The position numbers were made by a program, and so were the translations under genes. From assembly GCA_038728585.1 (NCBI GenBank), contig JAVYTR010000002.1:350369-382368 (forward strand): a DNA stretch of 32,000 bases. Reading direction: 5' to 3'. Of the stretch, positions 18,063-25,976 are shown one piece after another; the first letter of the stretch is position 1; every line of letters starts with the position of its first letter. The stretch comes from Conexivisphaerales archaeon (GTDB taxonomy: Archaea > Thermoproteota > Nitrososphaeria > Conexivisphaerales > DTJL01). Below the pieces are notes generated by a model. The model had not been told where the DNA came from and did not search any database. It saw only the letters and a program-made list of their open reading frames with translations.

Positions 18063-19088
18063 TCAGAACCACTTCTCCAGAGTAGAGGAAGCCGGCCTGC
18101 TGACACCCAGCACTCTCTGTATTGCGGCTGATACCCTTTCCCTTGAAAAATCGTGCATATCGCAAAGGAAATGTATTACAGAATCTTTGTTCATCTGTTT
18201 CCATTCAGGAGTTTCAATATCCTTCACATCTGGGCTGAGAAAGATCTTCCTGATTGCGTTGTAATCAATCTGTTCAAGCCTGTCCTTCAATTCCTTTATC
18301 TCTTCAAGCCTTCCGTATTTCTTTATGAATTTAAGAGCTGTGGCAGCGCCTATACCTCTGAACCCTTCTGGATTGAAGTCTGTGCCAAGGAGTATACCTA
18401 TGTCAACCAGCTGCTCCCTGGTGATCGAATGGGTTGAGAGTATTGTCATCAGTTCTACAATTTCAGGATGGATGTCTATGTATATGTTCTTGCCGGGCAG
18501 CTTTCTCCTCCCTGATATTGCAAGGTTCCTTATCAACCTTGGAGCTCCGAACAGAAGTGAATCATAGTCCTGGGAGACTGTGGCCCATGCAACACCCTTC
18601 ATCGCTAGGTAAGATGCCTCTGCTTCCCCCTCAGAAGGGGCCTGCACCCATGGGAGACCCATTGCATCCAGAAGAGATTTTGCATCCTGCACCATAGCTG
18701 CATTCAAATGAGCAGACATCGATGCGAATTTCCTTGCAGACTCTGTATCACCTCTTGCAACAGCAACTTCATACATCTCCCTGGCATTTTTCTTCAGCTC
18801 TTCTCTCCTGACCAGCTCCTTCCTCTTCAGCTCAGGAGACTTGCCATCGAAGACATACAGAGGCCTTACTCCCTTCTCGAGCATGTTTATAGTTCTGTAA
18901 AAAAGACCACTCAGATGGCTTGTCACGTTGCCCCTCGAATCCATGAGGGGTTCGCCCCCTTCCCCCCTTATTATGGTCAGGAACTGGTATAGAGAGTTAT
19001 AGGCATCTATAGCTAGTACTCTGCCTGAAAGGTCGTCCAGAGTTATTCTTGTCCTCTGCTTGACCAGAGGAGCCAGGTCTACTCCCAT
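18063..19088 (-). CDS. fen: flap endonuclease 1
   Basis: 341 aa. MGVDL..L, AIDAYNSLYQFL, YVFDG.P...K, SEGEAEA..L and the QDYDSLLFG H3TH region. The stop abuts the pcm start. Confidence 0.95.
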   Translation of the reverse strand: MGVDLAPLVKQRTRITLDDLSGRVLAIDAYNSLYQFLTIIRGEGGEPLMDSRGNVTSHLSGLFYRTINMLEKGVRPLYVFDGKSPELKRKELVRREELKKNAREMYEVAVARGDTESARKFASMSAHLNAAMVQDAKSLLDAMGLPWVQAPSEGEAEASYLAMKGVAWATVSQDYDSLLFGAPRLIRNLAISGRRKLPGKNIYIDIHPEIVELMTILSTHSITREQLVDIGILLGTDFNPEGFRGIGAATALKFIKKYGRLEEIKELKDRLEQIDYNAIRKIFLSPDVKDIETPEWKQMNKDSVIHFLCDMHDFSRERVSAAIQRVLGVSRPASSTLEKWF

Positions 19089-19113
19089 CGATATAGCATA
19101 AAAGGTTCATGCA

Positions 19114-19404
19114 TTAAGAGGTTTCCTCTTCCTCCTCTTCTGCTTTTGCCTCTTCCTGAACAGGCTCTCTGTATTCTATTCTCCTTCTGTCCTTATCCAT
19201 CCAGGTAACTGTAACCAAGCCAAGTATCTCCAGCCTGAGGAGCATGTTGTTCAGCTCTGACATGGTTGTCTCCCTTGTCTTTCTCAGCTCCGAAAGAAGC
19301 TCCTGGTCTGTGGTTACTTTCAGTTCTTTTATCTTCTTTGCTACCTCCATGCTCAGCATGTCGACCAAAAAAGGCACCTGTTTCTGCCCTTTCAGAACCT
19401 GCAT
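19114..19404 (-). CDS. hypothetical small protein, possible winged-helix fold with acidic C-terminal tail
   Basis: 96 aa ORF in the cdc48/fen co-directional array, ending ...EEAKAEEEEEETS. No family recognised. It is called coding only from its position and lack of competing ORFs. Confidence 0.35.
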   Translation of the reverse strand: MQVLKGQKQVPFLVDMLSMEVAKKIKELKVTTDQELLSELRKTRETTMSELNNMLLRLEILGLVTVTWMDKDRRRIEYREPVQEEAKAEEEEEETS

Positions 19405-19427
19405 TTAAGGATGACTCGAATCAAGCT

Positions 19428-21608
19428 CTATGCATATGGAGGAGGGCTCTTGCTCTTCAGCATGCTGGCTGTGAGCTTCTTCTCCATCTCCTTGTACCAT
19501 GCATGCATCTCAGGGGTGAACGTAGGTCTGACACTAGCCAGAGCGAATTCAAAGTCTTTCAAAGATACCTTGTCAGAACCCCTCTTGAGAGCCGTTAAAG
19601 CTGCCTGCCTGCAGACAGCTTCCAGGTCTGCCCCTGTGTAGTTGTTAGAGAGTCTGGCTATATGCTGTAAATCCACATCAGATGCAAGGGGCATAGAGGA
19701 TGTCTTTATCTTCAGTATGCTGAGCCTTGACCTTTCATCTGGAGGTGGCACGTATATCAGGAATCCAAGCCTACCAGGTCTCAGAAGGGCTGCGTCAAGT
19801 ATATCCGGCCTGTTTGTAGCTCCTATCACAAAAACACCTTCGCCGGTGTAGAGAGAATCTATCTCGGTGAGAAGCTGACTGAGCACAGTCTCTCCACTCC
19901 ACCCTTCGCTGTACTCCGCTCTTGCCTTGCCAAGAGAGTCTATCTCGTCGAAGAAGACTATGCATGGAGCTGATGCTTTTGCCTTTCTGAATATTTCCCT
20001 TATCCCCTTTTCTGATTCGCCAACCCATTTGCTCAGAATCTCTGGTCCTCTGACTACAATCATGTTAGCCTTTGATTCTGTTGCAAGAGCCTTTGCTATC
20101 ATGGTCTTCCCGCAGCCTGGAGGACCATACAGCAGCACACCTCTGGGAGGCTCTATACCCATCTTCCTGAAGTCCTGGGGCCTTTTGATTGCTCTGCTGA
20201 CGTTTTCGTTAAGTATCTCTTTAACGTCTTCAAGCCCTCCTATATCTTCCCACTTTACGTTAGGCATCTCCACGTAGAACTCTCTCATCGCTGTTGGAAC
20301 AATATCCTTGTATGCTGACATGAAGTCCTGCAGATTCACCTTGAGCTTCTCGAGCGTTGAGGAAGGAACCTTGGCAAAGGAGTCAGCCTGAGGAAGTATT
20401 CTTCTCAGAGCGTTCAAAGCAGCTTCCCTGCAGAGTGCCTTCAGGTCTGCCCCTGTGTAGCCGTTGGTTATCTCAGCCAGTCTCTTCAGGTCTACATCGT
20501 TATCCAGAGGCATTCCTCTGGTGTGTATATGAAGGATCTCGAGCCTTCCTGATGTGTTAGGAACTCCTATCTCGACTTCTCTGTCAAACCTGCCTGGTCT
20601 TCTTAATGCTAAATCTACATCATCGATCCTGTTAGTTGCACCTATTATTATCACATTACCCCTTTCACTTAGGCCATCCATCAGAGACAGCATCTGAGCA
20701 ACTACCCTCTTCTCAACTTCACCAAACACCTCTTCCCTCTTGGGGGCTATTGCATCTATTTCATCTATGAATATGATGCTTGGGGCGCTTTCCTTCGCTT
20801 CCTTGAATATCTCTCTCAGCTTTGCCTCTGTCTCTCCATAGTACTTGCTCATTATCTCAGGTCCGTTGATTGCGAAGAATTTGGCCTGTGATTCTGTTGC
20901 AAGAGCCTTTGCTATCATGGTCTTCCCGCAGCCTGGAGGACCGTACAGAAGCACACCTCTGGGAGGCTCTATACCAAGTCTGCTGAAGAGTTCAGGCTGC
21001 CTGAGAGGTAGCTCAACTATCTCCCTCAGCTTTCTGAGCTGATTGCCCAAGCCTCCAATATCATCATAGGTAATTCTCAGCTCTGAAGCTACTTCGCCTG
21101 CACCAACTCTTACATGAAGGCTTGTGGATTCTGTTACAGAAACTACTCCACGGGGAGATGTCTTTACAACAAGAAAGTTCATCGGATTGCCAAGTACAAC
21201 TATGCTTATTGTATTGCCCTCGACTATAGGCATACCTTTCATCCTGTTCTTGACAAAAGCTTCGAAGTCAGAGTCTACGTTAACGTTACCAGTGGTTGTG
21301 CTCAGGATTATGCTCGAAGCTGGCTTGACTGTGCTTCTTGAGACCTCAACAGTATCGTTTAAAGCCACACCAACGTTCCTTCTTAGAGAACCGTCAAGCC
21401 TTATCGCCTCAGGAGGTGTTTCATCAGGGTCAGATGGCCAGGCTGTTGCTGCTGCATCCTTCTTCCCTCTTATCAGTAAGGCATCTCCAGGCTTCAGGCC
21501 TATTCTTGCCATTGCAGACATTGCCAGCCTGGCTCTAGCCTTACCTATATCTCTGGGCAGACCTTCCATGACCTTTAGCCTGAGCTTCTCTGCCAAAGAC
21601 CTATGCAC
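19428..21608 (-). CDS. cdc48: Cdc48/VCP-like double AAA+ ATPase
   Basis: 726 aa. It has an N-domain and two AAA modules, each with GPPGCGKT Walker A, DEID Walker B and SRH regions (GATNR.D..D.AL.RPGRFD). Confidence 0.95.
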   Translation of the reverse strand: MHRSLAEKLRLKVMEGLPRDIGKARARLAMSAMARIGLKPGDALLIRGKKDAAATAWPSDPDETPPEAIRLDGSLRRNVGVALNDTVEVSRSTVKPASSIILSTTTGNVNVDSDFEAFVKNRMKGMPIVEGNTISIVVLGNPMNFLVVKTSPRGVVSVTESTSLHVRVGAGEVASELRITYDDIGGLGNQLRKLREIVELPLRQPELFSRLGIEPPRGVLLYGPPGCGKTMIAKALATESQAKFFAINGPEIMSKYYGETEAKLREIFKEAKESAPSIIFIDEIDAIAPKREEVFGEVEKRVVAQMLSLMDGLSERGNVIIIGATNRIDDVDLALRRPGRFDREVEIGVPNTSGRLEILHIHTRGMPLDNDVDLKRLAEITNGYTGADLKALCREAALNALRRILPQADSFAKVPSSTLEKLKVNLQDFMSAYKDIVPTAMREFYVEMPNVKWEDIGGLEDVKEILNENVSRAIKRPQDFRKMGIEPPRGVLLYGPPGCGKTMIAKALATESKANMIVVRGPEILSKWVGESEKGIREIFRKAKASAPCIVFFDEIDSLGKARAEYSEGWSGETVLSQLLTEIDSLYTGEGVFVIGATNRPDILDAALLRPGRLGFLIYVPPPDERSRLSILKIKTSSMPLASDVDLQHIARLSNNYTGADLEAVCRQAALTALKRGSDKVSLKDFEFALASVRPTFTPEMHAWYKEMEKKLTASMLKSKSPPPYA
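20073..20159. repeat. copy A of an 87-bp intragenic direct repeat within cdc48 (D2 Walker A region)
   Basis: 85/87 identical to 20889..20975, offset 816 bp (in frame). It encodes [29 protein letters not shown]. Confidence 0.9.
20889..20975. repeat. copy B of the 87-bp intragenic direct repeat within cdc48 (D1 Walker A region)
   Basis: The hand alignment with 20073..20159 shows mismatches only at repeat positions 55 (A/G) and 61 (C/A). The flanks diverge immediately. Confidence 0.9.
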
Positions 21609-21649
21609 CGCTCCCTATTGTTGGGAATAACTTCCTTTTAGGCTTAACA

Positions 21650-21928
21650 TCACAACTTTGTAGATGCTCTGCTTACCCCTATAACCTCAAAAGACCCCAA
21701 TCCACTGACCTTTGAAAGCCTCTCCTCCAGAGGGTCAGTACCTCCTTCTGCGTCTTGAATTACAAAATCGACTATCAGAGCGTTCAGGCCGAATGCTATA
21801 GGCTCAACCTTATGCGCTTTTACTTCTCCAACGCCCTTGACTGTGTTCTTTATCCTGCTGAGAAGCTCTTCAGGGTTCAGAGAAGCATCGTCAGGAAGGA
21901 GCTTGATCCTTGCAATTATGCCAGTCAT
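21650..21928 (-). CDS. ef1b: translation elongation factor aEF-1 beta
   Basis: 92 aa. ...IKLLPDD..., ...KVEPIAFGLNAL and ...EVIGVSR are typical aEF-1beta. Confidence 0.85.
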   Translation of the reverse strand: MTGIIARIKLLPDDASLNPEELLSRIKNTVKGVGEVKAHKVEPIAFGLNALIVDFVIQDAEGGTDPLEERLSKVSGLGSFEVIGVSRASTKL

Positions 21929-21946
21929 TTCTCTCTACCTCTACTC

Positions 21947-22123
21947 CTATGGTCCCTCAAAACCGCAGTTTTCACACCTGTAGCTCCTTGCAAGCTTCCT
22001 GCAGCGCTCGCACCTCCATATCAGGACCTTGCCGCAGTCTGGGCAGTAGAACTTGACAGCCCTTTCCCTCGGGTCTATAGCTTTGTTGCAGGAGCTGCAG
22101 ACTGGTGGCTTGACGAAAGGCAA
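21947..22123 (-). CDS. small four-Cys-pair zinc-ribbon protein (COG2888-type, usually upstream of aEF-1beta)
   Basis: Hand translation of the minus strand gives (TTG)PFVKPPVCSSCNKAIDPRERAVKFYCPDCGKVLIWRCERCRKLARSYRCENCGFEGP*, 58 aa with four CxxC pairs. It is below the ORF-track length cutoff. Its stop lies 18 nt before the ef1b start. A TATA-like TTATATA (minus sense) lies at ~22156-22163. The TTG is the first standard start codon after the upstream stop. Confidence 0.6.
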   Translation of the reverse strand: MPFVKPPVCSSCNKAIDPRERAVKFYCPDCGKVLIWRCERCRKLARSYRCENCGFEGP

Positions 22124-22186
22124 GTCTGTTGTCTCGATGACCCTGATGCATGCTGTATATAATTGTTTAGCAAAGATATTGCATTA

Positions 22187-22255
22187 TAGCATGATTTAGC
22201 ATCCTAGCATGATAGCATCAAAGCATGATTTTGCATCTTCGATGCATCTTTGCAC
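22187..22255. repeat. degenerate 8-10 bp tandem array of (T)AGCAT(G/C)A / TGCATC units in a divergent intergenic region
   Basis: AGCAT occurs at 22188, 22198, 22206, 22214 and 22222, then TGCATC at 22232 and 22243 and TGCAC at 22251. Confidence 0.7.
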
Positions 22256-22371
22256 TGCTGGATGGCCTGTTTTAAGGCAAAATTGGCAGTTTTTAGCCTG
22301 AAAAACACCTTCAAATTGAATACAGTTATATAGCTTGCATTCGTAAGCTAGCTTCGCGGTGCGTTAAAAAG

Positions 22372-22515
22372 TTGCCAGAAGCATACTGCGTTAAGTGCAG
22401 AGCGAAGCGTACAATCAGCAATGCCAAGGAAGTAAAGCTAAAGAACGGTAGAAAGGCACTGAGCGGTACCTGCCCCAAGTGTGGTACCAAGCTGTTCAGA
22501 ATACTAGGCAAGTAA
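22372..22515 (+). CDS. small zinc-ribbon protein (DUF5679-like)
   Basis: Hand translation gives (TTG)PEAYCVKCRAKRTISNAKEVKLKNGRKALSGTCPKCGTKLFRILGK*, 47 aa with two CxxC pairs. An 8-T run follows. The ORF track lists only the antisense 61-aa ORF. Confidence 0.55.
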   Translation: MPEAYCVKCRAKRTISNAKEVKLKNGRKALSGTCPKCGTKLFRILGK

Positions 22516-22538
22516 ATTACTAGCAGACTTAAAAATTC

Positions 22539-22546
22539 TTTTTTTT
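22539..22546 (+). terminator. oligo-T tract, candidate archaeal terminator for the DUF5679-like gene
   Basis: A run of 8 T starts 24 nt after the stop at 22515. Archaeal RNAP terminates at oligo-T. The tract overlaps the convergent reductase stop codon. Confidence 0.3.
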
Positions 22547-23723
22547 ACCTGCCAGCTGCCAGCTGTAGCAGTGCAAGCAGGTTCTTCCTGTTCACTAGGC
22601 TTAATGACTTGACGAAGCCCTTTATCCCTATCAGCTTAAGGAAGTCCATGCCATGGAAGTCAAAGCTGCCTTCAGATAATGCCTGCAGCGCATCGCTCGA
22701 CTGCAGAATATCGAACAGCACATCTATATCCTTATCATCAAGCTGCTCGTATATCTTCCTGAGCCTGAGCTGCAGGCTGAAGTCGTCTCCATACATAGCA
22801 AGCCAGTCCTTCTGATAGGATTGCAGCGTCGAATCGTCTGTGTCTTGAAGAGCCCTTACTATGTATTTACCTGCAAGCCTGCCTCCCATGCCAGCAGTGT
22901 ATATTCCTCCGGCTGTGGTTGGCTTTGTCTGGCCTGCAGCTTCTCCAGCAAGGACTCTTCTTCCCAGCACGAAGTCTTTCACTGGCCCTCCAACTGCAAG
23001 GCTGTGGTATATCTTCTTGAGCACCCTTGCACCTCTCTTTGCAAGGTATTGTTCAAGCAAGGGGGCCAGAACCCCTCTGCCAGCTATCCCTACTCTAGCC
23101 TGTTCATCGGTCAGAGGAATCAGCCAGAGAAAATACTCCTTTGAAAGTTTCTTATCTATATGCACTTCAACGGTCTTCCTCTGAATATCAGGTACATAGC
23201 ATTCATACTGAGCTACGGTGAGAACACCCTGAGGCATGAATGTTTTGTAGACAGAGATGCCTCTGGCATCGATAAAGTATTTTGCTTCCACGTCAAACGT
23301 TGAAGTGCTTACAGTTATTGCATTGCTGCTGCTGTTTTCCTTGAAGTCATTCACTCTGCTCCCAAGCTCTATTTCAGCCCCAGCCCTAGCAGCTTCAACA
23401 GCAACTGCTCTGTCCAACTCTCTTCTTCTCAGTGCATAAACCCCCACATTCCTCACGTCCAGCTCTATCTGCTTCCCAGAGGCCGAAGTGAGTTTGGCTT
23501 TCTCCACCTGCAGGGAAACTATCCTGCCTGTAGGGGCTATTGCAAGGTCAGGAAGGCTCCTGGCAGAAACTAGCCCTCCGCATTTTTCTGGGGTTCCTAT
23601 CTCCATATCTTCTTCTATCACAGTCACATCATACCCCTTTTCAGCTATAACCCTGGCTGCTGATAACCCTGCTATGCTTGCCCCTGCTATTACCACGTCG
23701 CACTTCCTTACTTGCTTTGACAC
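22545..23723 (-). CDS. geranylgeranyl reductase family flavoprotein (digeranylgeranylglycerophospholipid reductase-like)
   Basis: CDVVIAGASIAGLSAARVIAEKGYDVTVIEE...PEKCGGLVS is the FAD fold plus the GGR-type Cys motif. The ORF-track start at 23849 adds 42 non-homologous residues and overlaps the divergent marC-like gene. An in-frame GTG at 23723 (VSKQVRKCDVV) gives a typical ~392 aa. Confidence 0.8.
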   Translation of the reverse strand: MSKQVRKCDVVIAGASIAGLSAARVIAEKGYDVTVIEEDMEIGTPEKCGGLVSARSLPDLAIAPTGRIVSLQVEKAKLTSASGKQIELDVRNVGVYALRRRELDRAVAVEAARAGAEIELGSRVNDFKENSSSNAITVSTSTFDVEAKYFIDARGISVYKTFMPQGVLTVAQYECYVPDIQRKTVEVHIDKKLSKEYFLWLIPLTDEQARVGIAGRGVLAPLLEQYLAKRGARVLKKIYHSLAVGGPVKDFVLGRRVLAGEAAGQTKPTTAGGIYTAGMGGRLAGKYIVRALQDTDDSTLQSYQKDWLAMYGDDFSLQLRLRKIYEQLDDKDIDVLFDILQSSDALQALSEGSFDFHGMDFLKLIGIKGFVKSLSLVNRKNLLALLQLAAGR

Positions 23724-23839
23724 AACACGAGGATTAAACGCTAAATCTAAAAGGATTGTGCGAACAAATAATCCGGAATTCTTGACTGGAGCAACTGTAT
23801 TTAACAAGAATAGATGAAGGTTGGACTGGGAAAGCTGCG

Positions 23840-24448
23840 TTGGATGCATTTAGCGTCTACAACTTGGTCAAGGCTAGCATTACACTCTTTGTAGTTATCG
23901 ACCCTGTTGGCATAATACCACTTCTGGTGGGCCTGACTAAGGATATGAACGAGCAGGAGAAAAAGCGGACATTTCGCCTTGCTTTTTACGTCAGCCTGAT
24001 ACTGCTTGTTATCTTCGCAATACTCGGGCAGGAGATAATGCTATTCTTCGGCATATCTGTTTACAGCTTCAAGATTGCAGGAGGAATACTTTTGCTACTT
24101 CTATCGCTTGAGATACTGTTCACTGGAGAAGGAGCGATGAGAATATCAAGCAAAGAGGAGCTAGGAGCAGTGCCTTTAGCTTTCCCCCTTCTTGTCGGGC
24201 CGGGAGCGATTACAACAACGATAGTTGCCATACAGTCATCCGGCATAATAACCGGACTAGGGTCAATAGCAATAGCTTCCATATTCACCTACCTTGTTCT
24301 GCTGGGGGCAGAGAGGATCTATACAGTACTTGGAAGGACAGGTTCTCAGGTGGTTGCCAAGGTAATTGCTGTGTTTATAGCTGCAATCGCAATACAGTAT
24401 ATATTGACTGGCGTTCAGTACTATTATCCTCCAGCCGGACTGGGTTGA
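23840..24448 (+). CDS. MarC/UPF0056 family integral membrane protein
   Basis: 202 aa with six hydrophobic segments. The N-terminal ...ITLFVVIDPVGIIPLLVGLT is the MarC-family hallmark. Confidence 0.8.
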   Translation: MDAFSVYNLVKASITLFVVIDPVGIIPLLVGLTKDMNEQEKKRTFRLAFYVSLILLVIFAILGQEIMLFFGISVYSFKIAGGILLLLLSLEILFTGEGAMRISSKEELGAVPLAFPLLVGPGAITTTIVAIQSSGIITGLGSIAIASIFTYLVLLGAERIYTVLGRTGSQVVAKVIAVFIAAIAIQYILTGVQYYYPPAGLG

Positions 24449-24492
24449 AGGAATTGTTTAAACCATGAATTGTTAGAGGAGAGCTGAAAGAA

Positions 24493-24855
24493 TTGAGCGA
24501 ATTTGCATACAAGCAGGTGATTGCTGTAAGGAACGACATAAAGATGGGGAAAGGTAAGCTTGCAGCACAGGTTGCCCATGCAGCTGTATCATCTGCACTC
24601 GAAGCTCAGAAGGAGCACAGAATATGGTTCAGGGAATGGTTGAACGAGGGGCAGGCAAAGATAGTTGTAAAAGTGAGCAGCGAAGATGAGCTGAGAAGGC
24701 TGAAAGAAATGGCTGATGATGCAAAGTTGCCTTCAAGCCTTATAGTTGACAGGGGACTGACCCAGCTTGAGCCGGGAACAGTAACTTGCCTTGGGATAGG
24801 ACCTGCTCCTTCTCAACTTGTCAATAAATTAACTGGTAAGCTGAAACTGCTTTGA
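24493..24855 (+). CDS. pth: peptidyl-tRNA hydrolase, archaeal Pth2 type
   Basis: 120 aa with a TTG start. KQVIAVRNDIKMGKGKLAAQVAHAAV...KIVVKV...D.G.TQ...GT.T.LGIGP matches the family. Confidence 0.9.
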   Translation: MSEFAYKQVIAVRNDIKMGKGKLAAQVAHAAVSSALEAQKEHRIWFREWLNEGQAKIVVKVSSEDELRRLKEMADDAKLPSSLIVDRGLTQLEPGTVTCLGIGPAPSQLVNKLTGKLKLL

Positions 24856-25976
24856 ATTACAAAATTGTAAGCAGTTCGAAATTAGAAAAGAGCTTTGGGA
24901 TTCTGTGTTATGGCACATCCTTCAACGGTATAGGAGGTGTAATCAAGAAGAAGCCCGAAGATTTTGTCGTGGCTGAGGTTTTGAAGGATAATGCAAGAAG
25001 GCTGATAGGTAAGACAGGAAAAGGCTATCCTCTTTACATACTTTCCAAAAAAGAAGTAGACACTCTAGAGGCGAAGGCTGTTATCGAAAAGTCGATAAAA
25101 GCCAATGTAAACATATTAGGCTTGAAGGATAGGAAAGCGCTGACTTATCAGTTTGTTTCTGCCAGGAAGAAAATAAGGTTTCAGGAAAGGGTGGAAGGGA
25201 AAGGTTTCAAAGCTATACTTACGGCCTTTACACTTAAGCCTCTGACTAAAGCCGACCTGTTTGGCAACAGCTTCAGAATTGTTGTCAGAGAAGCGAAATT
25301 GCATGATGATGCAATTGTAATGCTGAAAGATGAACTGGCTGAAGGAAAGATACCTAATTACTATGGTCCCCAGAGGTTCGGGTACAGCATATCGAACCAT
25401 GTTGTGGGCAAGCATATAATCAAGAAAGAATTTGCTGATGCTGCAGGGCTGATATTTGGAGATTCTCTACCAAAAGATGATCCAATATCTTCGCTCAGAA
25501 CTGTACCCTTACAGCTGAGAAGATTGTATGTGTCAGCTTATCAGTCATACCTGTTCAATCTCTGCGTGAGCAGAGTTCTTGAGGAAGGTCATTTAGACAA
25601 AAGGGGTCTCTTTATTACATTCCATAAAAATGAGTTGAAGGTGGACCAGAGCATAAGGACTGAGACCTCTGCAGGCAATGATACAACTTTTGTAAGGCTC
25701 TGTCCTCTGCCAGGTTACTCGTTCAGGGATAGGGATGACATGCTCTTTAAAAAGATGAGGGATGTGATGACCGAAGAAGGTGTAACTCCATCACAATTCT
25801 ATGTGAAAGAAATGCAGGAGCTGAGTGCAGAAGGAGGATTGAGGCCATTTTCCATGATTGGCTGGTTGAAAGGATGGAGATTTGACGAAAACCTTACCAT
25901 AAACTTCGTCTTGCTGACTGGAAATTATGCTACAGTTTTACTGAGAGAGCTGATGAAGACTACCATTCAAAGTTGA
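24852..25976 (+). CDS. truD: tRNA pseudouridine synthase D (TruD/Pus7 family)
   Basis: 374 aa. GIGGVIKKKPEDFVVAEV, LGLKDRKA.T.Q and PNYYGPQRFG match the family. The start overlaps the pth stop (TTGA). Confidence 0.85.
   Translation: MNYKIVSSSKLEKSFGILCYGTSFNGIGGVIKKKPEDFVVAEVLKDNARRLIGKTGKGYPLYILSKKEVDTLEAKAVIEKSIKANVNILGLKDRKALTYQFVSARKKIRFQERVEGKGFKAILTAFTLKPLTKADLFGNSFRIVVREAKLHDDAIVMLKDELAEGKIPNYYGPQRFGYSISNHVVGKHIIKKEFADAAGLIFGDSLPKDDPISSLRTVPLQLRRLYVSAYQSYLFNLCVSRVLEEGHLDKRGLFITFHKNELKVDQSIRTETSAGNDTTFVRLCPLPGYSFRDRDDMLFKKMRDVMTEEGVTPSQFYVKEMQELSAEGGLRPFSMIGWLKGWRFDENLTINFVLLTGNYATVLLRELMKTTIQS

Noticed and set aside
21124-21630. 168-aa plus-strand ORF, plus several other 65-116 aa ORFs between 19400 and 21600
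   Set aside because: All are antisense to cdc48. They are Ser/Leu/Pro-rich translations with no family resemblance.
21755-22162. 135-aa plus-strand ORF spanning the ef1b / Zn-ribbon locus
   Set aside because: The opposite strand encodes two recognisable conserved proteins, aEF-1beta and a four-CxxC zinc ribbon. The plus-strand frame would straddle both and their spacer.
22326-22511. 61-aa minus-strand ORF
   Set aside because: The plus strand encodes a CxxC...CxxC DUF5679-like protein with a terminator-like T run. The minus-strand product has no features.
23724-23849. 42-codon N-terminal extension of the geranylgeranyl reductase ORF. Similar extensions occur at 3728-3760 (L15e), 5841-5909 (serA-like) and 14732-14797 (DUF54).
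   Set aside because: The extensions are not homologous to the respective families and overlap neighbouring genes or promoters. Internal ATG/GTG/TTG codons give canonical protein N-termini.
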